A stretch of 63,494 nt of DNA, filler included, from Octopus bimaculoides (taxonomy: Eukaryota), in assembly GCF_001194135.2 (NCBI RefSeq). It is 7 parts of 6 records of this genome, joined end to end, with 100 filler letters (N's around TTAATTAATTAA, not from the genome) between each part and the next. Parts side by side here need not be neighbours in the genome. Positions count along the whole stretch, not along the records: positions 1 to 16,296 come from NC_068985.1; positions 16,397 to 38,190 come from NC_068986.1; 5 more parts are not named here. One strand, written 5' to 3'. Of the stretch, positions 12,660-26,335 are shown piece by piece. How positions within the stretch are numbered: the stretch's first letter is position 1; every line of letters starts with the position of its first letter. Under the pieces are notes generated by a model. It ran no database searches and had not been told where the DNA came from. It saw nothing but the letters and a program-made list of their open reading frames with translations. The translations under genes and the position numbers were made by a program.

Positions 12660-13655
12660 ATGTATGTGTTGTCTGTGTGTGTTTAGGTGTATGGATGTAT
12701 GGATGGATATACATACATACGTATGTATATATGCATATGTACGTGTACATAGGTATCTATGTATAGAGAGAGAGAGAGAGAAAGAGAAAATATGAAAAAC
12801 GCAAGATTTGCTTTACAGGATGTAAGAGTATATTAGAACCATGATAATAAAGATATTATACAAATTTGTACAAAATATGATTTTGTTCTTTCAACATAAT
12901 TGGAGCAATATCATGTCCCGGGAATCGCATATTTTCGGATATCCATTGCTGATTTATGCTCATCTTTTCATATTCATATTCATAAATATAAGTTGTTTTT
13001 TTTCAATATGATTCCCCAGGTGCAGTATAACGTTTTGCAATATTTAAATTTGATTTCATTGACTTTATTTGTTGANNNNNNNNNNNNNNNNNNNNNNNNN
13101 NNNNNNNNNNNNNNNNNNNNNNNNNNNNNNNNNNNNNNNNNNNNNNNNNNNNNNNNNNNNNNNNNNNNNNNNNNNNNNNNNNNNNNNNNNNNNNNNNNNN
13201 NNNNNNNNNNNNNNNNNNNNNNNNNNNNNNNNNNNNNNNNNNNNNNNNNNNNNNNNNNNNNNNNNNNNNNNNNNNNNNNNNNNNNNNNNNNNNNNNNNNN
13301 NNNNNNNNNNNNNNNNNNNNNNNNNNNNNNNNNNNNNNNNNNNNNNNNNNNNNNNNNNNNNNNNNNNNNNNNNNNNNNNNNNNNNNNNNNNNNNNNNNNN
13401 NNNNNNNNNNNNNNNNNNNNNNNNNNNNNNNNNNNNNNNNNNNNNNNNNNNNNNNNNNNNNNNNNNNNNNNNNNNNNNNNNNNNNNNNNNNNNNNNNNNN
13501 NNNNNNNNNNNNNNNNNNNNNNNNNNNNNNNNNNNNNNNNNNNNNNNNNNNNNNNNNNNNNNNNNNNNNNNNNNNNNNNNNNNNNNNNNNNNNNNNNNNN
13601 NNNNNNNNNNNNNNNNNNNNNNNNNNNNNNNNNNNNNNNNNNNNNNNNNNNNNNN

Positions 13656-13691
<36 letters not shown>

Positions 13692-14090
13692 GTATATATG
13701 CATAAGTATACACAAAAACACGCGCACAAACACACACACCGGCTCAATTCTATTCATTTCCTTTATTATTAGTCAATTAATTTAATATCCAACTTTCTAA
13801 TTCGTTTCGGTTTTGCTTGTCGAAGCTCTTTCGTTGCAAGTTGCATCCTTTCAATGACTATTGTCTCAAACCCTTATTGAGGCCGCCGTCGTCTGTTTGA
13901 GATTTGTTGCGTGCGTTTCTGTGCGTGCCAGCATGCGCGTGTGAACATTTAAGGCTTTAAAAGACTTTAAAAACTTTGTAAGAGGTGTTGAAGGTGTTGT
14001 CCTTCATTTTCAATACATAAAATTTAGTTTCCTTTTTACTGACGTGTGAGCACTTATTAGGCACTTCCTTCGCGGCGGAGAGACTTTTTG

Positions 14091-14127
<37 letters not shown>

Positions 14128-14149
14128 CATACATACTTGTGTGTGTGTG

Positions 14150-14325
14150 TGTGTTTCTGTCAGTAATTATCCCACCACCATCCCTACAACCGGTGTTGGT
14201 GTGTTTATGTCCCCGTAACTTAGCGGTTCCGCAAAAGAAACCGATAGAATATGTACTAGGCTTCAAAAATATCTTGTGGTCGACTAAAAGCTTTAAGGGC
14301 AGTGCCCCAGTATGGCCCCCAGTCT
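14150..14325 (+). mobile_element. SINE family B, 3' half
   Basis: caaccggtgttggtgtgtttatgtccccgtaacttagcggttc...tcgactaaaag...gtgccccagtatggcc, matching other B copies. Confidence 0.75.
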
Positions 14326-15403
14326 AATGTAAAAGGTAACACATAAAGGATATATTGATCACCGGAAAAATGAGTGAAAGAAGAAATACTGAATAAAGAA
14401 AAGAGAAGTTCCTTGACTACATTTAGCAGCAGGTTACAGAAACGCTGACCCTATAATGTGCTGAGTTATATGTAAAAGAGAAGGCCGCAACGTTCCATGA
14501 TCTGCATCACCGATAGAGATGGCGTATGGAAAAACAATATCTCGTCTGAACTATATCGCTTCCAATACTACACACTTACCAAATCAAAGTCAAAATTTTA
14601 AGAGCAAAATCTTGCCAGCTACCTAACAAAAACCGCCCCTGATCCAACAGCAGTGACGCATCCCGTAATGTTTAAGGCTACTCGGCATTATTGAATTTCA
14701 CAGACCACAATGCGACCACTTACAGAATTAGGTTTTAAATTCATTGAAATTGCTCCATTTGAGAGGTAGTAAAAGCTACTGCATATTGTTGTCCTGTTTT
14801 GCTTGAAAATTTAAACACCATGAAATAGGATCAATACCAGTAATACGATGCATCATAGATATCCCTCAAATAGTATTTCAGATTGCCAACCATTGATGGT
14901 TGTATATTATACGATCAGAGAATTTTCTCCTGACCAATGCCGTTTTTGGTAACGTTGAATGAAGAATTATCTTATTTTAGATGTAATTCACCTTTTATAT
15001 TTCCCCTTCAAACATTTCAGCTTATGAAGACTTATTTATGTGACATAGACAGTTAGCAGATGTTTTGCAAATCACATTAAGACAATTTATTCACATACAC
15101 ACATCTATCTATCTATCTATCTATCTATCTCTCTCTCTCTCTCTCTNNNNNNNNNNNNNNNNNNNNNNNNNNNNNNNNNNNNNNNNNNNNNNNNNNNNNN
15201 NNNNNNNNNNNNNNNNNNNNNNNNNNNNNNNNNNNNNNNNNNNNNNNNNNNNNNNNNNNNNNNNNNNNNNNNNNNNNNNNNNNNNNNNNNNNNNNNNNNN
15301 NNNNNNNNNNNNNNNNNNNNNNNNNNNNNNNNNNNNNNNNNNNNNNNNNNNNNNNNNNNNNNNNNNNNNNNNNNNNNNNNNNNNNNNNNNNNNNNNNNNN
15401 NNN

Positions 15404-15448
<45 letters not shown>

Positions 15449-16237
15449 CGATTTTGCCATTCATTCACAACCAGTATCCGTATGTCAAAGAACAGTATTA
15501 ATAATTAATAACTATAGCGCGTATGAATTTAATTGGAATAAAACTATACAATAAAGGCACACGTATGGCATTGTGCTTGAGAAAAATTGTTAGCAAACGG
15601 GATTTCGAGATGAGTCCCACTGATTGGTACTTGGGCAACCAAATTCTACTTATAACCCCGAGCTGACCAGTGAGTTTTGTGTTAGTTCGAATGTGAGCGG
15701 TTTTATTCTGAGGAAAGCCATTACTTATGTGTGCATGTATTTCAGTACTATGCATTATGGGAAGCCTATGTTTTTTGTATCTTTCATCCCATGGGAGCCA
15801 GTGTTGAAGTGATTGCTATAACGTACATGATACGTTCGGCAAAAATGTTTAATTACCAGATTTAAGATAAGCACTGGTGTGGATTCGATTGGCTAATCCT
15901 TCATCGCAGAGCTAGAGTATGGCGGCAGTCATTCACTGGATCACTATATAAGTAATAAAGAATTTAGCTAAATAATTTAAGAATAATTTGAAGAGGGGGA
16001 TTCTTTGTAATCCCTTATTCTGCGTATGCCCTAATTGAGGTGAAGGGGATTCAATGGAGAAGACATTGACAAGTTCAGCTAAAATATATAAAACAAAATA
16101 TGAACAACGCTTAAAACTATATATACACATAGACACAAAAACTCTCACACACAAACACACACACACGCATGCATACACACATACGCCTAAGTGCGCCCAC
16201 ACTCACACACATATATATATGTATGTATCTCTCTCCT

Positions 16238-16296
<59 letters not shown>

Positions 16297-16340
16297 NNNN
16301 NNNNNNNNNNNNNNNNNNNNNNNNNNNNNNNNNNNNNNNN

Positions 16341-16352
16341 TTAATTAATTAA
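16341..16352. other. Artificial scaffolding linker N44-TTAATTAATTAA-N44 (also 38235, 45662, 51143, 54966, 58334)
   Basis: Identical 12-mer isolated inside N runs six times. Where counted (16341, 38235) it has 44 N on each side, making 100 bp. It contains stops in all six frames. Confidence 0.95.
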
Positions 16353-16600
16353 NNNNNNNNNNNNNNNNNNNNNNNNNNNNNNNNNNNNNNNNNNNNTGGT
16401 TCCCGACCCTTCACTGGGTCGCGATATAAATAAAATGGGTCGGGACTAAACAAATGTTTGAAAAACGCTGCCCTAGTCCACTGGTTCACCACTGGGGTCC
16501 CCATGACCATTGCAGGTCCATGTAAGATTTTGTTGTTCAAATTTGTTTACAATAAATTGGTTGCACTTCTACAATACACAAAACATTAAAAAAATTTTTT

Positions 16601-16842
16601 AGGCGCATGAGTAGCTGTGTGATAAGAAGCTGGCTTCCCAACCACATGGTTCCGAGTTCATTCCCACTGCATGACACCTTGGTCAAATGTCTTCTACTAT
16701 AACTTCGAGCCGAGCAAAGCCTTGTGAGTGAATTTGTTAGACAGAAACTGAAAGAAGCCCGTCGTATATATATGTATGTGTGTGTGGGTGTGTATGTATG
16801 TATTATGTATGTATTATGTATGTATGTATGTATGTATGTATA

Positions 16843-16873
<31 letters not shown>

Positions 16874-17015
16874 ATGTATGTATTTGTGTGTCTGTGTTAG
16901 TCTTCCCATCATCGCTTGTCAACCGTTGTTGGTGTGTTTACATCCCCGTAACTTAGCGGTTCGGCAAAAAGCACCGATAGAATAAGTACTAGGCTTACAA
17001 AGAATAAGTCCTGGG
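16601..17015 (+). mobile_element. SINE family B (tRNA head, CORE-like block, internal microsatellite)
   Basis: AGGCGCA..GCTGTGTG head, GAGTTCATTCCC B-box, CACCTTGGTCAAATGTCTTCTACTATA central block resembling the CORE domain, internal (GTAT)n, shared tail. Confidence 0.85.
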
Positions 17016-17536
17016 GAGATGTCTGCACAAATATCCAGAACTATCTGATGTAGGAAGAATAGAGGCACGTATCGCACGGCTGACTCAGCGTTCTGCGTTG
17101 GGAAGAGATGACATATGTGAATAAGTCGGCCGGTCTCAAAACCCTATTTAAATTTTTGGCGTTAAAAGCAACTTTATATAAGGCACAAAAAGAAAATTCT
17201 AGAAAATTGAATCACGCGATGCATTGACGCTGATTGGCTGTTTAATAGACCGATCACGGGAAACTACTGTGGTTCGCTCGTGATGAGTGATGGCGTATCC
17301 AGAGATTTGGTTTTAAATCCCCACTACAAGATGAAAAGCAAAGTTGACTTAGGCGGGATTTAAACTCAGAACATAAAGTGTCGGGACAAATACCGCCATT
17401 TTGCCTTATGTGTGTTTGTGTATTGATATGTTTATATGTCTGTATTGCGTGTGCCTATGTATGTGCGTGTGCCTATGTATGCGCGTGTGCATATGTATGC
17501 GCGTATGTGTGGGATCTGTGCTTGTCTATGAACATG

Positions 17537-17580
<44 letters not shown>

Positions 17581-18511
17581 GATTTATGTATATANNNNNN
17601 NNNNNNNNNNNNNNNNNNNNNNNNNNNNNNNNNNNNNNNNNNNNNNNNNNNNNNNNNNNNNNNNNNNNNNNNNNNNNNNNNNNNNNNNNNNNNNNNNNNN
17701 NNNNNNNNNNNNNNNNNNNNNNNNNNNNNNNNNNNNNNNNNNNNNNNNNNNNNNNNNNNNNNNNNNNNNNNNNNNNNNNNNNNNNNNNNNNNNNNNNNNN
17801 NNNNNNNNNNNNNNNNNNNNNNNNNNNNNNNNNNNNNNNNNNNNNNNNNNNNNNNNNNNNNNNNNNNNNNNNNNNNNNNNNNNNNNNNNNNNNNNNNNNN
17901 NNNNNNNNNNNNNNNNNNNNNNNNNNNNNNNNNNNNNNNAGAAAGAAAGAGAGAGAGAGAGAGAAAGAGAGACAGAGAGACAGAGAGAAACTAGTTGCCG
18001 AGAGTATAAAAGACAAAGAACAGACGACAGAAAGCGACAGAACATTATATAACTTAGTCAAGTGGAAACTAATAGATCGTAATATTACGCTTCTTTTTGC
18101 TACAAAACTAACACTGACGTCAAATTTCCGGTGTGCGAGTGTTTTTCTTTCATTTTCACCCATTCCCTTATACTGTTGCTGTAGTTGGTTTTACATTAAT
18201 TATCATCATCATCATCATCATCATCATCATTATTATTATTATTATTACTATTGTTGTTGTTGTTGCATACGTATTGTCACGCGTGCATCCATTTATACAC
18301 TGATGCACCCGCGCACACGTATTAAATGAAACATGACTCCATCTTTCACTCGCTGTTTTTGTAATTCTTAATTCTTCTTCAGTAGCTTTGCCGTTGTTAC
18401 CAATGTGGCTTGCTGTTATCATTCTTCGTGTTGTTATTAATGTCGCTCGGTTTTGTTCTGAGAGAGAATTTTAAAATGCAATACAATAACTACATACACA
18501 CACAATCACAC

Positions 18512-18738
18512 GGTGAGCTGGCAGAGTCGTTAGCACGCCGGGCGAAATGCTTAGCGGTATTTCGTCTGCCGCTACGTTCTGAGTTCAAATTCCGCCGAGG
18601 TCGACTTTGACTTTCATCCTTTCGAGGTCGATTAAATAAGTACCAGTTACGCACTGGAGTCGGTATAATCGACTTAATCCGTTTGTCTATCTTTGTTTGT
18701 ACTTCTGTGTGTAGCCCCTTGAGGGTAGTAAAGAAATA
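18512..18738 (+). mobile_element. SINE A, alpha tail, with 13-bp TSD
   Basis: CACACAATCACAC at 18499-18511 and 18742-18754. Confidence 0.9.
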
Positions 18739-19151
18739 ACTCACACAATCACACACACATACGCACACACACATACGCATACACATTAATACATACATTC
18801 ATACAAGCATATGTGCGTGTTTGAGTGCGTGTGTGTATGCATGTGTGTGTGTATGTGAGTGTGTGGATGTGCGTGTGTAAGCGCGTGTATGTGTGTATGT
18901 GTGTGAATGTGTATGTGAGTGTGTGAGGGTGTCTGTGTGAGTGTGTGTGTAAGAGTGTGGTGTGTGAGTGTGTGTGTATGCGTGTGTGAGTGTGTGTATG
19001 TGCGCGTGTGTGCGTGTGTGAATGTGTGTGAGCATGTGAGTGTGTGAACATGTGTATGTGAGTGTGTGAGCGTTCTATGTGAGTGTGTGTGTATGTTCGT
19101 GTGATTTTTACAGTCATGTGATCCGCTAACATATATTTCCTATCTCTACAG

Positions 19152-19264
19152 ATTTGAACTTCATCAAGATCACCAAGGCCGAAGGAGAGGGAGACGAACT
19201 GGCAGGCTCACAATACAGAGGACTCTTTCAGGGACGCTATTATGAGGGCGCTCTCTTGGATTTT
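19152..19264 (+). CDS. Candidate internal coding exon (DLNFIKITKAEGEGDELAGSQYRGLFQGRYYEGALLDF), product unknown
   Basis: Unique GC-richer island, acceptor ttcctatctctacag, donor gtatgg. Only one frame stays open across the exon. Confidence 0.5.
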
Positions 19265-20135
19265 GTATGGTCGTAGAATTTGATATTAACAGGCTTCCTA
19301 AAAAGCTCATACGGTTTAAGCACAACATCCAGAAAGTTTACATTTGCTGTTCAACAACCCAAGCTGTTCAATGAAATCAATATTAAAGTAAGTTACAGCT
19401 GCACGGAAAATATATCCAGTGCTATGTAAGCTTACAATACAAGTTTATTGCAAAGAAATATAACGCAAAGTGAGCCAACATGCTATTGGCAAAGTATGTA
19501 GCTTTGTCCTTATAATAGAAATGTATCGAGAAGATCATTGCATACCGTACTGATGACTCCACCAGTAACACATCAACAAGTTCCATTGAGTTTACAAAAC
19601 ATTCGTTTAGGAGTTGCCTGCATCGTCACAACATACATTATCACAAAATGCATTATTGCTCTATCATCTCTACCTGGAAAACATCACAACACATTTAAAG
19701 TATTTTTGGGAATCGAGAAACCATTACAATGACACATTAACATAAAGCATCTAAGAACAAAATAGGGTGGATTCTGCCTTACAAAAAAAGGTCTACGTTA
19801 TTCGCCACCCTATCCCAAGCTTTAATAAAATGAATGAGTTCATACAAAATGGCCGACCTAGCCAGATGCATGCTACAAAATTTCAAAGAGAACCAACGAT
19901 ATATGACGAAAGATTATTGACAATCTACAACTTTCATTCCATTCTGTTCCAACCGATTCCTTTTCAAAATCGTTTGCGTGCACAGTCAACCAGTGAGTGT
20001 GTGTAAGGAAATAACGACCGAGATTTAATCTATGCATATCTCACAAAAGGGACATCTATAAGTAAAGTTGTAGTAGCACAAGGGAAACTGTACGTATTTC
20101 TGTGTGTGTATGTGTGTGTGTGTGTATATATATAC

Positions 20136-20186
<51 letters not shown>

Positions 20187-20800
20187 NNNNNNNNNNNNNN
20201 NNNNNNNNNNNNNNNNNNNNNNNNNNNNNNNNNNNNNNNNNNNNNNNNNNNNNNNNNNNNNNNNNNNNNNNNNNNNNNNNNNNNNNNNNNNNNNNNNNNN
20301 NNNNNNNNNNNNNNNNNNNNNNNNNNNNNNNNNNNNNNNNNNNNNNNNNNNNNNNNNNNNNNNNNNNNNNNNNNNNNNNNNNNNNNNNNNNNNNNNNNNN
20401 NNNNNNNNNNNNNNNNNNNNNNNNNNNNNNNNNNNNNNNNNNNNNNNNNNNNNNNNNNNNNNNNNNNNNNNNNNNNNNNNNNNNNNNNNNNNNNNNNNNN
20501 NNNNNNNNNNNNNNNNNNNNNNNNNNNNNNNNNNNNNNNNNNNNNNNNNNNNNNNNNNNNNNNNNNNNNNNNNNNNNNNNNNNNNNNNNNNNNNNNNNNN
20601 NNNNNNNNNNNNNNNNNNNNNNNNNNNNNNNNNNNNNNNNNNNNNNNNNNTGTGTAGCATGAGAATTCGTTAGATTTCCGAAAAAGCGAGTTGTATACGA
20701 TGATGAGCAACTGATGTGTGCATATATAATCATGTACAGCTCAGATTGTGGTAGTATATTTTGATGTTGTTTCTCTGTCAGCCTCTCACAGACTCATCCA

Positions 20801-20843
<43 letters not shown>

Positions 20844-21527
20844 ACATTTATATATATATATGTATACATACATAGATATACATTCATACATACATACATA
20901 CATACATACTTACATCATACATATATATATGCATGTATGTATTTCTCTTTTATACAGACTGTTTCTTTCTCATAGTAGTTATACTTCTCATAATCTGTCA
21001 TTTTGTTCTGATAAAGAACAAAAGTACGAAACGTAAAAACACTATTTTTCGTCCAAAGCGTTAAACTAATAGCATCGTTGTTACTGTGATATTTTCTTTA
21101 ATGTTCATTGAACATACAGCACCCGCATACACACAAAGATATGTTTACGTATGTATATATAGTATATATATATATATATATATATATANNNNNNNNNNNN
21201 NNNNNNNNNNNNNNNNNNNNNNNNNNNNNNNNNNNNNNNNNNNNNNNNNNNNNNNNNNNNNNNNNNNNNNNNNNNNNNNNNNNNNNNNNNNNNNNNNNNN
21301 NNNNNNNNNNNNNNNNNNNNNNNNNNNNNNNNNNNNNNNNNNNNNNNNNNNNNNNNNNNNNNNNNNNNNNNNNNNNNNNNNNNNNNNNNNNNNNNNNNNN
21401 NNNNNNNNNNNNNNNNNNNNNNNNNNNNNNNNNNNNNNNNNNNNNNNNNNNNNNNNNNNNNNNCAAATATATATAAGTATTTGTGAACATACGTACTATA
21501 ATGTACATATACGTATACACCTATGCG

Positions 21528-21578
<51 letters not shown>

Positions 21579-22035
21579 GCACATACACACATGCACATAC
21601 ACGCACATACACGCACATACACGTGCGCACACACACACGCACACAAATAGACACACATATATGCATATATGTACGCATGCATATATGTATATACATACAT
21701 ATATGTGTGTGTGTGTGCATGCGTATACATATCTATACACTCATGATAAATATATGCTAAAATGTACACACATACGTAATTATATGCATGCGTACATACA
21801 TGCAAGTAAAGTACATACGTACATACATGCGTACATACATGCATGTGTGTGTGTGTGTGTTCGCGCGCGCGTGCTTACCCCGTCCCCATAGGCACACATA
21901 CACATAATAAACATAGGCCGAGATATACACCTCCTCTTATATCTTCATTGGTGAGTCAATCGCCCCACTGAAAGATGAATAAATAAATAACTGAAATGGT
22001 TCTTCAGAAACAGCCATATTTCTGGTTTTCTGCAG

Positions 22036-22081
22036 ATCAGCAGGAAGTTATTACTTCGCCATATTGTCGTCACGGCGAATG
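22036..22081 (+). CDS. Candidate small exon
   Basis: Acceptor tttctggttttctgcag, donor ATG|gtaatt. All three frames open, so the frame is unresolved. Confidence 0.33.
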
Positions 22082-22791
22082 GTAATTCAATTCGCGGACA
22101 GGAAAATTACAGAAAATGAACACGGCAGGAGTGGAAGCCATGTTGTACACATTATAGGAATAATACACGCTCGCGAACACACACATGTACACACGCACAC
22201 ACGCATACAAACGCGCGCGTGTACACGCACACATACATACACGCACTCAAGCATACACACGCATAAACATACTCACACACACACTCACGCGCACATATGT
22301 GCATGCGTTCACGAATTTGTGTGTATATACACAGACACAAACGTGCGCATGCGTTCATGAATTTGTTTACACACTCACACACACGCACGCNNNNNNNNNN
22401 NNNNNNNNNNNNNNNNNNNNNNNNNNNNNNNNNNNNNNNNNNNNNNNNNNNNNNNNNNNNNNNNNNNNNNNNNNNNNNNNNNNNNNNNNNGACTGAACCC
22501 GGAACCATGTGGTTGGCGACTTACCACACAGACTCGCCTGCGCCTATATATATATATGCATATATATGTTTGTATATGAACATATGTTTATGCATATATA
22601 TTTATATACTCTCACATATGCAAGTGAATATATGTGCATGCATACATACATACCTACATACACACATACATACACACACACACACACATATATATATATA
22701 CACATATACACTTATATAAACACACTTATACACACACACATACACATCTATTTATCTATCTATCTATATCTATCTATAAAGCTATATCTTT

Positions 22792-22831
<40 letters not shown>

Positions 22832-23036
22832 AGTGATGTGTAAGTTAGAAGGGAAATTACGAATGCTGCACACAGCGAACAACATCAAATAAAGGTGTTT
22901 GTCAACTAGGAGTAAGTTAGCAAATACAACTTTGGGTGGCAGTGCAGAATATAGAGGTGTGTGTGTGTATGTGTGTGCATGCGTGCATCTGCGCAGCCAG
23001 CTATTCACTTAACTTATACAAAAGCACACACACATA

Positions 23037-23071
<35 letters not shown>

Positions 23072-23152
23072 TAATGTATAAAAATATATTAGGATGGCAC
23101 CAACAAAATGTAATTTGAAAATAGACAGGTTATGTGTGTGTGTGCGTGTGTG

Positions 23153-23194
<42 letters not shown>

Positions 23195-23835
23195 CATAGG
23201 TATATATGTATGTATATATGCAGTGGTAGTGAATGCCGCAGTCAGTCTTTCACCACCATTCACCTCTACGGTGCCAACAACACCATCATTTAGAGAGNNN
23301 NNNNNNNNNNNNNNNNNNNNNNNNNNNNNNNNNNNNNNNNNNNNNNNNNNNNNNNNNNNNNNNNNNNNNNNNNNNNNNNNNNNNNNNNNNNNNNNNNNNN
23401 NNNNNNNNNNNNNNNNNNNNNNNNNNNNNNNNNNNNNNNNNNNNNNNNNNNNNNNNNNNNNNNNNNNNNNNNNNNNNNNNNNNNNNNNNNNNNNNNNNNN
23501 NNNNNNNNNNNNNNNNNNNNNNNNNNNNNNNNNNNNNNNNNNNNNNNNNNNNNNNNNNNNNNNNNNNNNNNNNNNNNNNNNNNNNNNNNNNNNNNNNNNN
23601 NNNNNNNNNNNNNNNNNNNNNNNNNNNNNNNNNNNNNNNNNNNNNNNNNNNNNNNNNNNNNNNNNNNNNNNNNNNNNNNNNNNNNNNNNNNNNNNNNNNN
23701 NNNNNNNNNNNNNNNNNNNNNNNNNNNNNNNNNNNNNNNNNNNNNNNNNNNNNNNNNNNNNNNNNNNNNNNNNNNNNNNNNNNNNNNNNNNNNNNNNNNN
23801 NNNNNNNNNNNNNNNNNNNNNNNNNNNNNNNNNNN

Positions 23836-23874
<39 letters not shown>

Positions 23875-23876
<2 letters not shown>

Positions 23877-25212
23877 GGGTGTTTCAAAAAATTTGATATC
23901 ATTTAAGATCTAAATATCACAGAAACTACATAGTCAAAGTAAATGAAACTAAACAGGATTAATCTTGAACAACATAAGATTTATTCCTCCAAATTTGAAT
24001 GAGAAATTCAAAGGTATGTGGCTTTCATGAACGAGTTCAATATGCGCACCCGCCTGAGATGCGACACACGTCACGTCGGTAGCCCAGCTCCTCCCAAACA
24101 CGCTGCAGCATATCTTGGGTAACAGTTTCCAGTGCGGTAGTGATTCTCTGCTCGAGTTCCTCTAGGTTTGCAGGAAGAGTGGGGACATAGTCCAGGCCCT
24201 TCACATAGCCCTAGAGAAAAATATCGCAAGGTGTCAACGTGGCGGCCATTTCAACAGCACATTGTCTTCACCACCAGCACGGACGATCCATCTCGCTCGC
24301 AGATTGTCATTGAGATAAGCCCGCACAGTGAGCTTCCAGTGAGGTGGAACCCCGTCCTGTTGAAAAATGAAGTCTGCATGTTCATTTGCAATGAGCTCAT
24401 CTATTATCCAGTTCTGAAGCATTTGCATTTAAACATTGCTGGTCACATTTCCCTCAAAGAAAAACAGGCCATGAAGATGCTTCTTGGAGATGGAGCAGAA
24501 CACATCCACTTTTGGTGTGTCCCTCTCATGCTCAATTCTAGCATGGGGATTTTCTTCGCCCCAAACGCGAACATTATGCTTATTGACTTTGCCATTCGTA
24601 TGAAATGTAGCCTCATCACTGAAAGCAAGACGTTCTGTGAACTCGGCTTCTTCAAGTTTCTCTTGCATATCAACACAGAATTGTTTGCGCTTTCGCTTGT
24701 CATCTGCTGTTATGGCCTGAACGAGCTGCAGCTTGTAAGGTTTCATTAGCAAACGTATCCTCAGGACGCACCAAGCTGTCGTTGGAGGAATCTGGGTTTC
24801 TAGACTTGTTCTTCTATGGACTTCTTGGAGCTTTGCAATAGTTTTTAGCGAACCTATTCGACTGTCTCTTCCGATGTTAGTGGTCGTCCAGATCCTTTGG
24901 CTCTGCGCAGACAGCCTTCCTCTTTGAATTGTTTGTACCACGTCCAAATTTGCATTGCCGTTGGTGACATTTTAGAGAACTCTCTCATAAATGCATGCTA
25001 CACAGTCTTGTTCGACTGTGTTAGAGCATACTCGAAAAGCGTCTTTTCTTCTCCAGTGAATGTCATTTCTATACCTGAAAAGATAAACATATCAAACATT
25101 AAGCATAAAATTTTGACCTGTTTCTACACATGCTGTTAAAACTTGAAGTCATTTGAACAAGAACTGGCAAAGTTATTAGACTGCGAAATACCAAATTTCT
25201 TGAAACACTATA
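23875..25212 (-). mobile_element. Near full-length Tc1/mariner-superfamily transposon (rosa/maT-like DDD, DUF4817-type HTH), pseudogenised
   Basis: TIR-like ends CAGGGTGTTTCAAAAAATTTGATATC (23875-23900) and ATACCAAATTTCTTGAAACAC (25188-25208). Minus translation MTFTGEEK..FKEEGCLRRAKGSGRP..FSDEATFH..VNKHNVRVWG..FQQDGVPPHW..WPPR/TPCD..GYVKG with stops and frameshifts. Confidence 0.9.
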
Positions 25213-25214
25213 TG

Positions 25215-25266
<52 letters not shown>

Positions 25267-25268
25267 AG

Positions 25269-25319
<51 letters not shown>

Positions 25320-25670
25320 AAGACAGACAGAGAGAGACAAAGACAGACAGAGAGAGAGAGAGAGTCAGATATGTTGGTAGGTCGCTAAGTAGATAGATAG
25401 ATAGATAGATAGATTTTTAAAGAGAAAATATGGAGTAAATAATCCTGCCTCCCCACACCCAGAAATACAGTAAAATGATTATGAGAACTTATGTTTGATG
25501 CCTTTCAACTCTTTAACCTCAATTAAGCAATCTTTAATGATATGACATTTCTCATGTTCCATTTCCTCCTTGTTATAGTTCCTTGTTCGAGCAAAATAGA
25601 CGCCATACTGGTGCAAACTTAAGTTCGCAGTGATATAATTCCCAGAATTGGTTTTGAATCTCTGTTACAG

Positions 25671-25711
25671 CAATTTTGCTTCAGTTACAGCGCTGATTTC
25701 CCTTCGGAATG
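25671..25711 (+). CDS. Candidate small exon
   Basis: Acceptor tctctgttacag, donor ATG|gtaaga; alternative acceptor at 25691. Confidence 0.33.
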
Positions 25712-25816
25712 GTAAGAATATGACAAATTTCAATTGCAATCCTTTACCCAGTTCCATTTTGGAATTGAGGAGTAAAGCCAGACCAAAATCAATTTGTCTT
25801 CATTTGGTGTGTGTGC

Positions 25817-25857
<41 letters not shown>

Positions 25858-26236
25858 NNNNNNNNNNCATCTGTGTGTGTGTGTGTGTGTGTGTGCTTGA
25901 TGAACTTTTTATTTACTTTTTATTATATTTTTATTTTATTTTAGTTGGGGCACCACCCTGAAGGGGTTTTAGTCTAACAAACCTACCCCAGTACTTCATC
26001 TGGGTAATAACCTCATAAAGTGCATTTCAAAGCTCCTATATGGTTGTGCCTCAACACTGCTGTTGCTGCTGCTGCTGTTGCTGCTGCTGGATTATATTTA
26101 CTTAATTATTCATATAATGTTTTATGTAATAGTAGGGTATTCAGCAACTAACAACTGTTATCATTGCTCAGAAACAATTGCTGTCGTTTGTGATCAAAAC
26201 CTGTTCATTCCACCTTCTTCTTTGTGACTATGCTAG

Positions 26237-26335
26237 AAGACACTGGTCCACAGAAAATGGTGCTGCGCCATGGGATCCAACACGGAATGACGTGGTCGTG
26301 AAGCAAATACCTCTAGCACACAACCATGTTTATTT
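26237..26335 (+). CDS. Candidate exon (99-nt frame RHWSTENGAAPWDPTRNDVVVKQIPLAHNHVY, or terminal frame EDTGPQKMVLRHGIQHGMTWS*)
   Basis: Acceptor cttctttgtgactatgctag; unique GC-richer island; donor gtaatg. Confidence 0.3.

Noticed and set aside
16297-16396. Six regularly recurring TTAATTAATTAA palindromes (could look like a binding site or an array)
   Set aside because: Always isolated within N runs (44 N each side where counted); an artificial six-frame-stop scaffolding linker.
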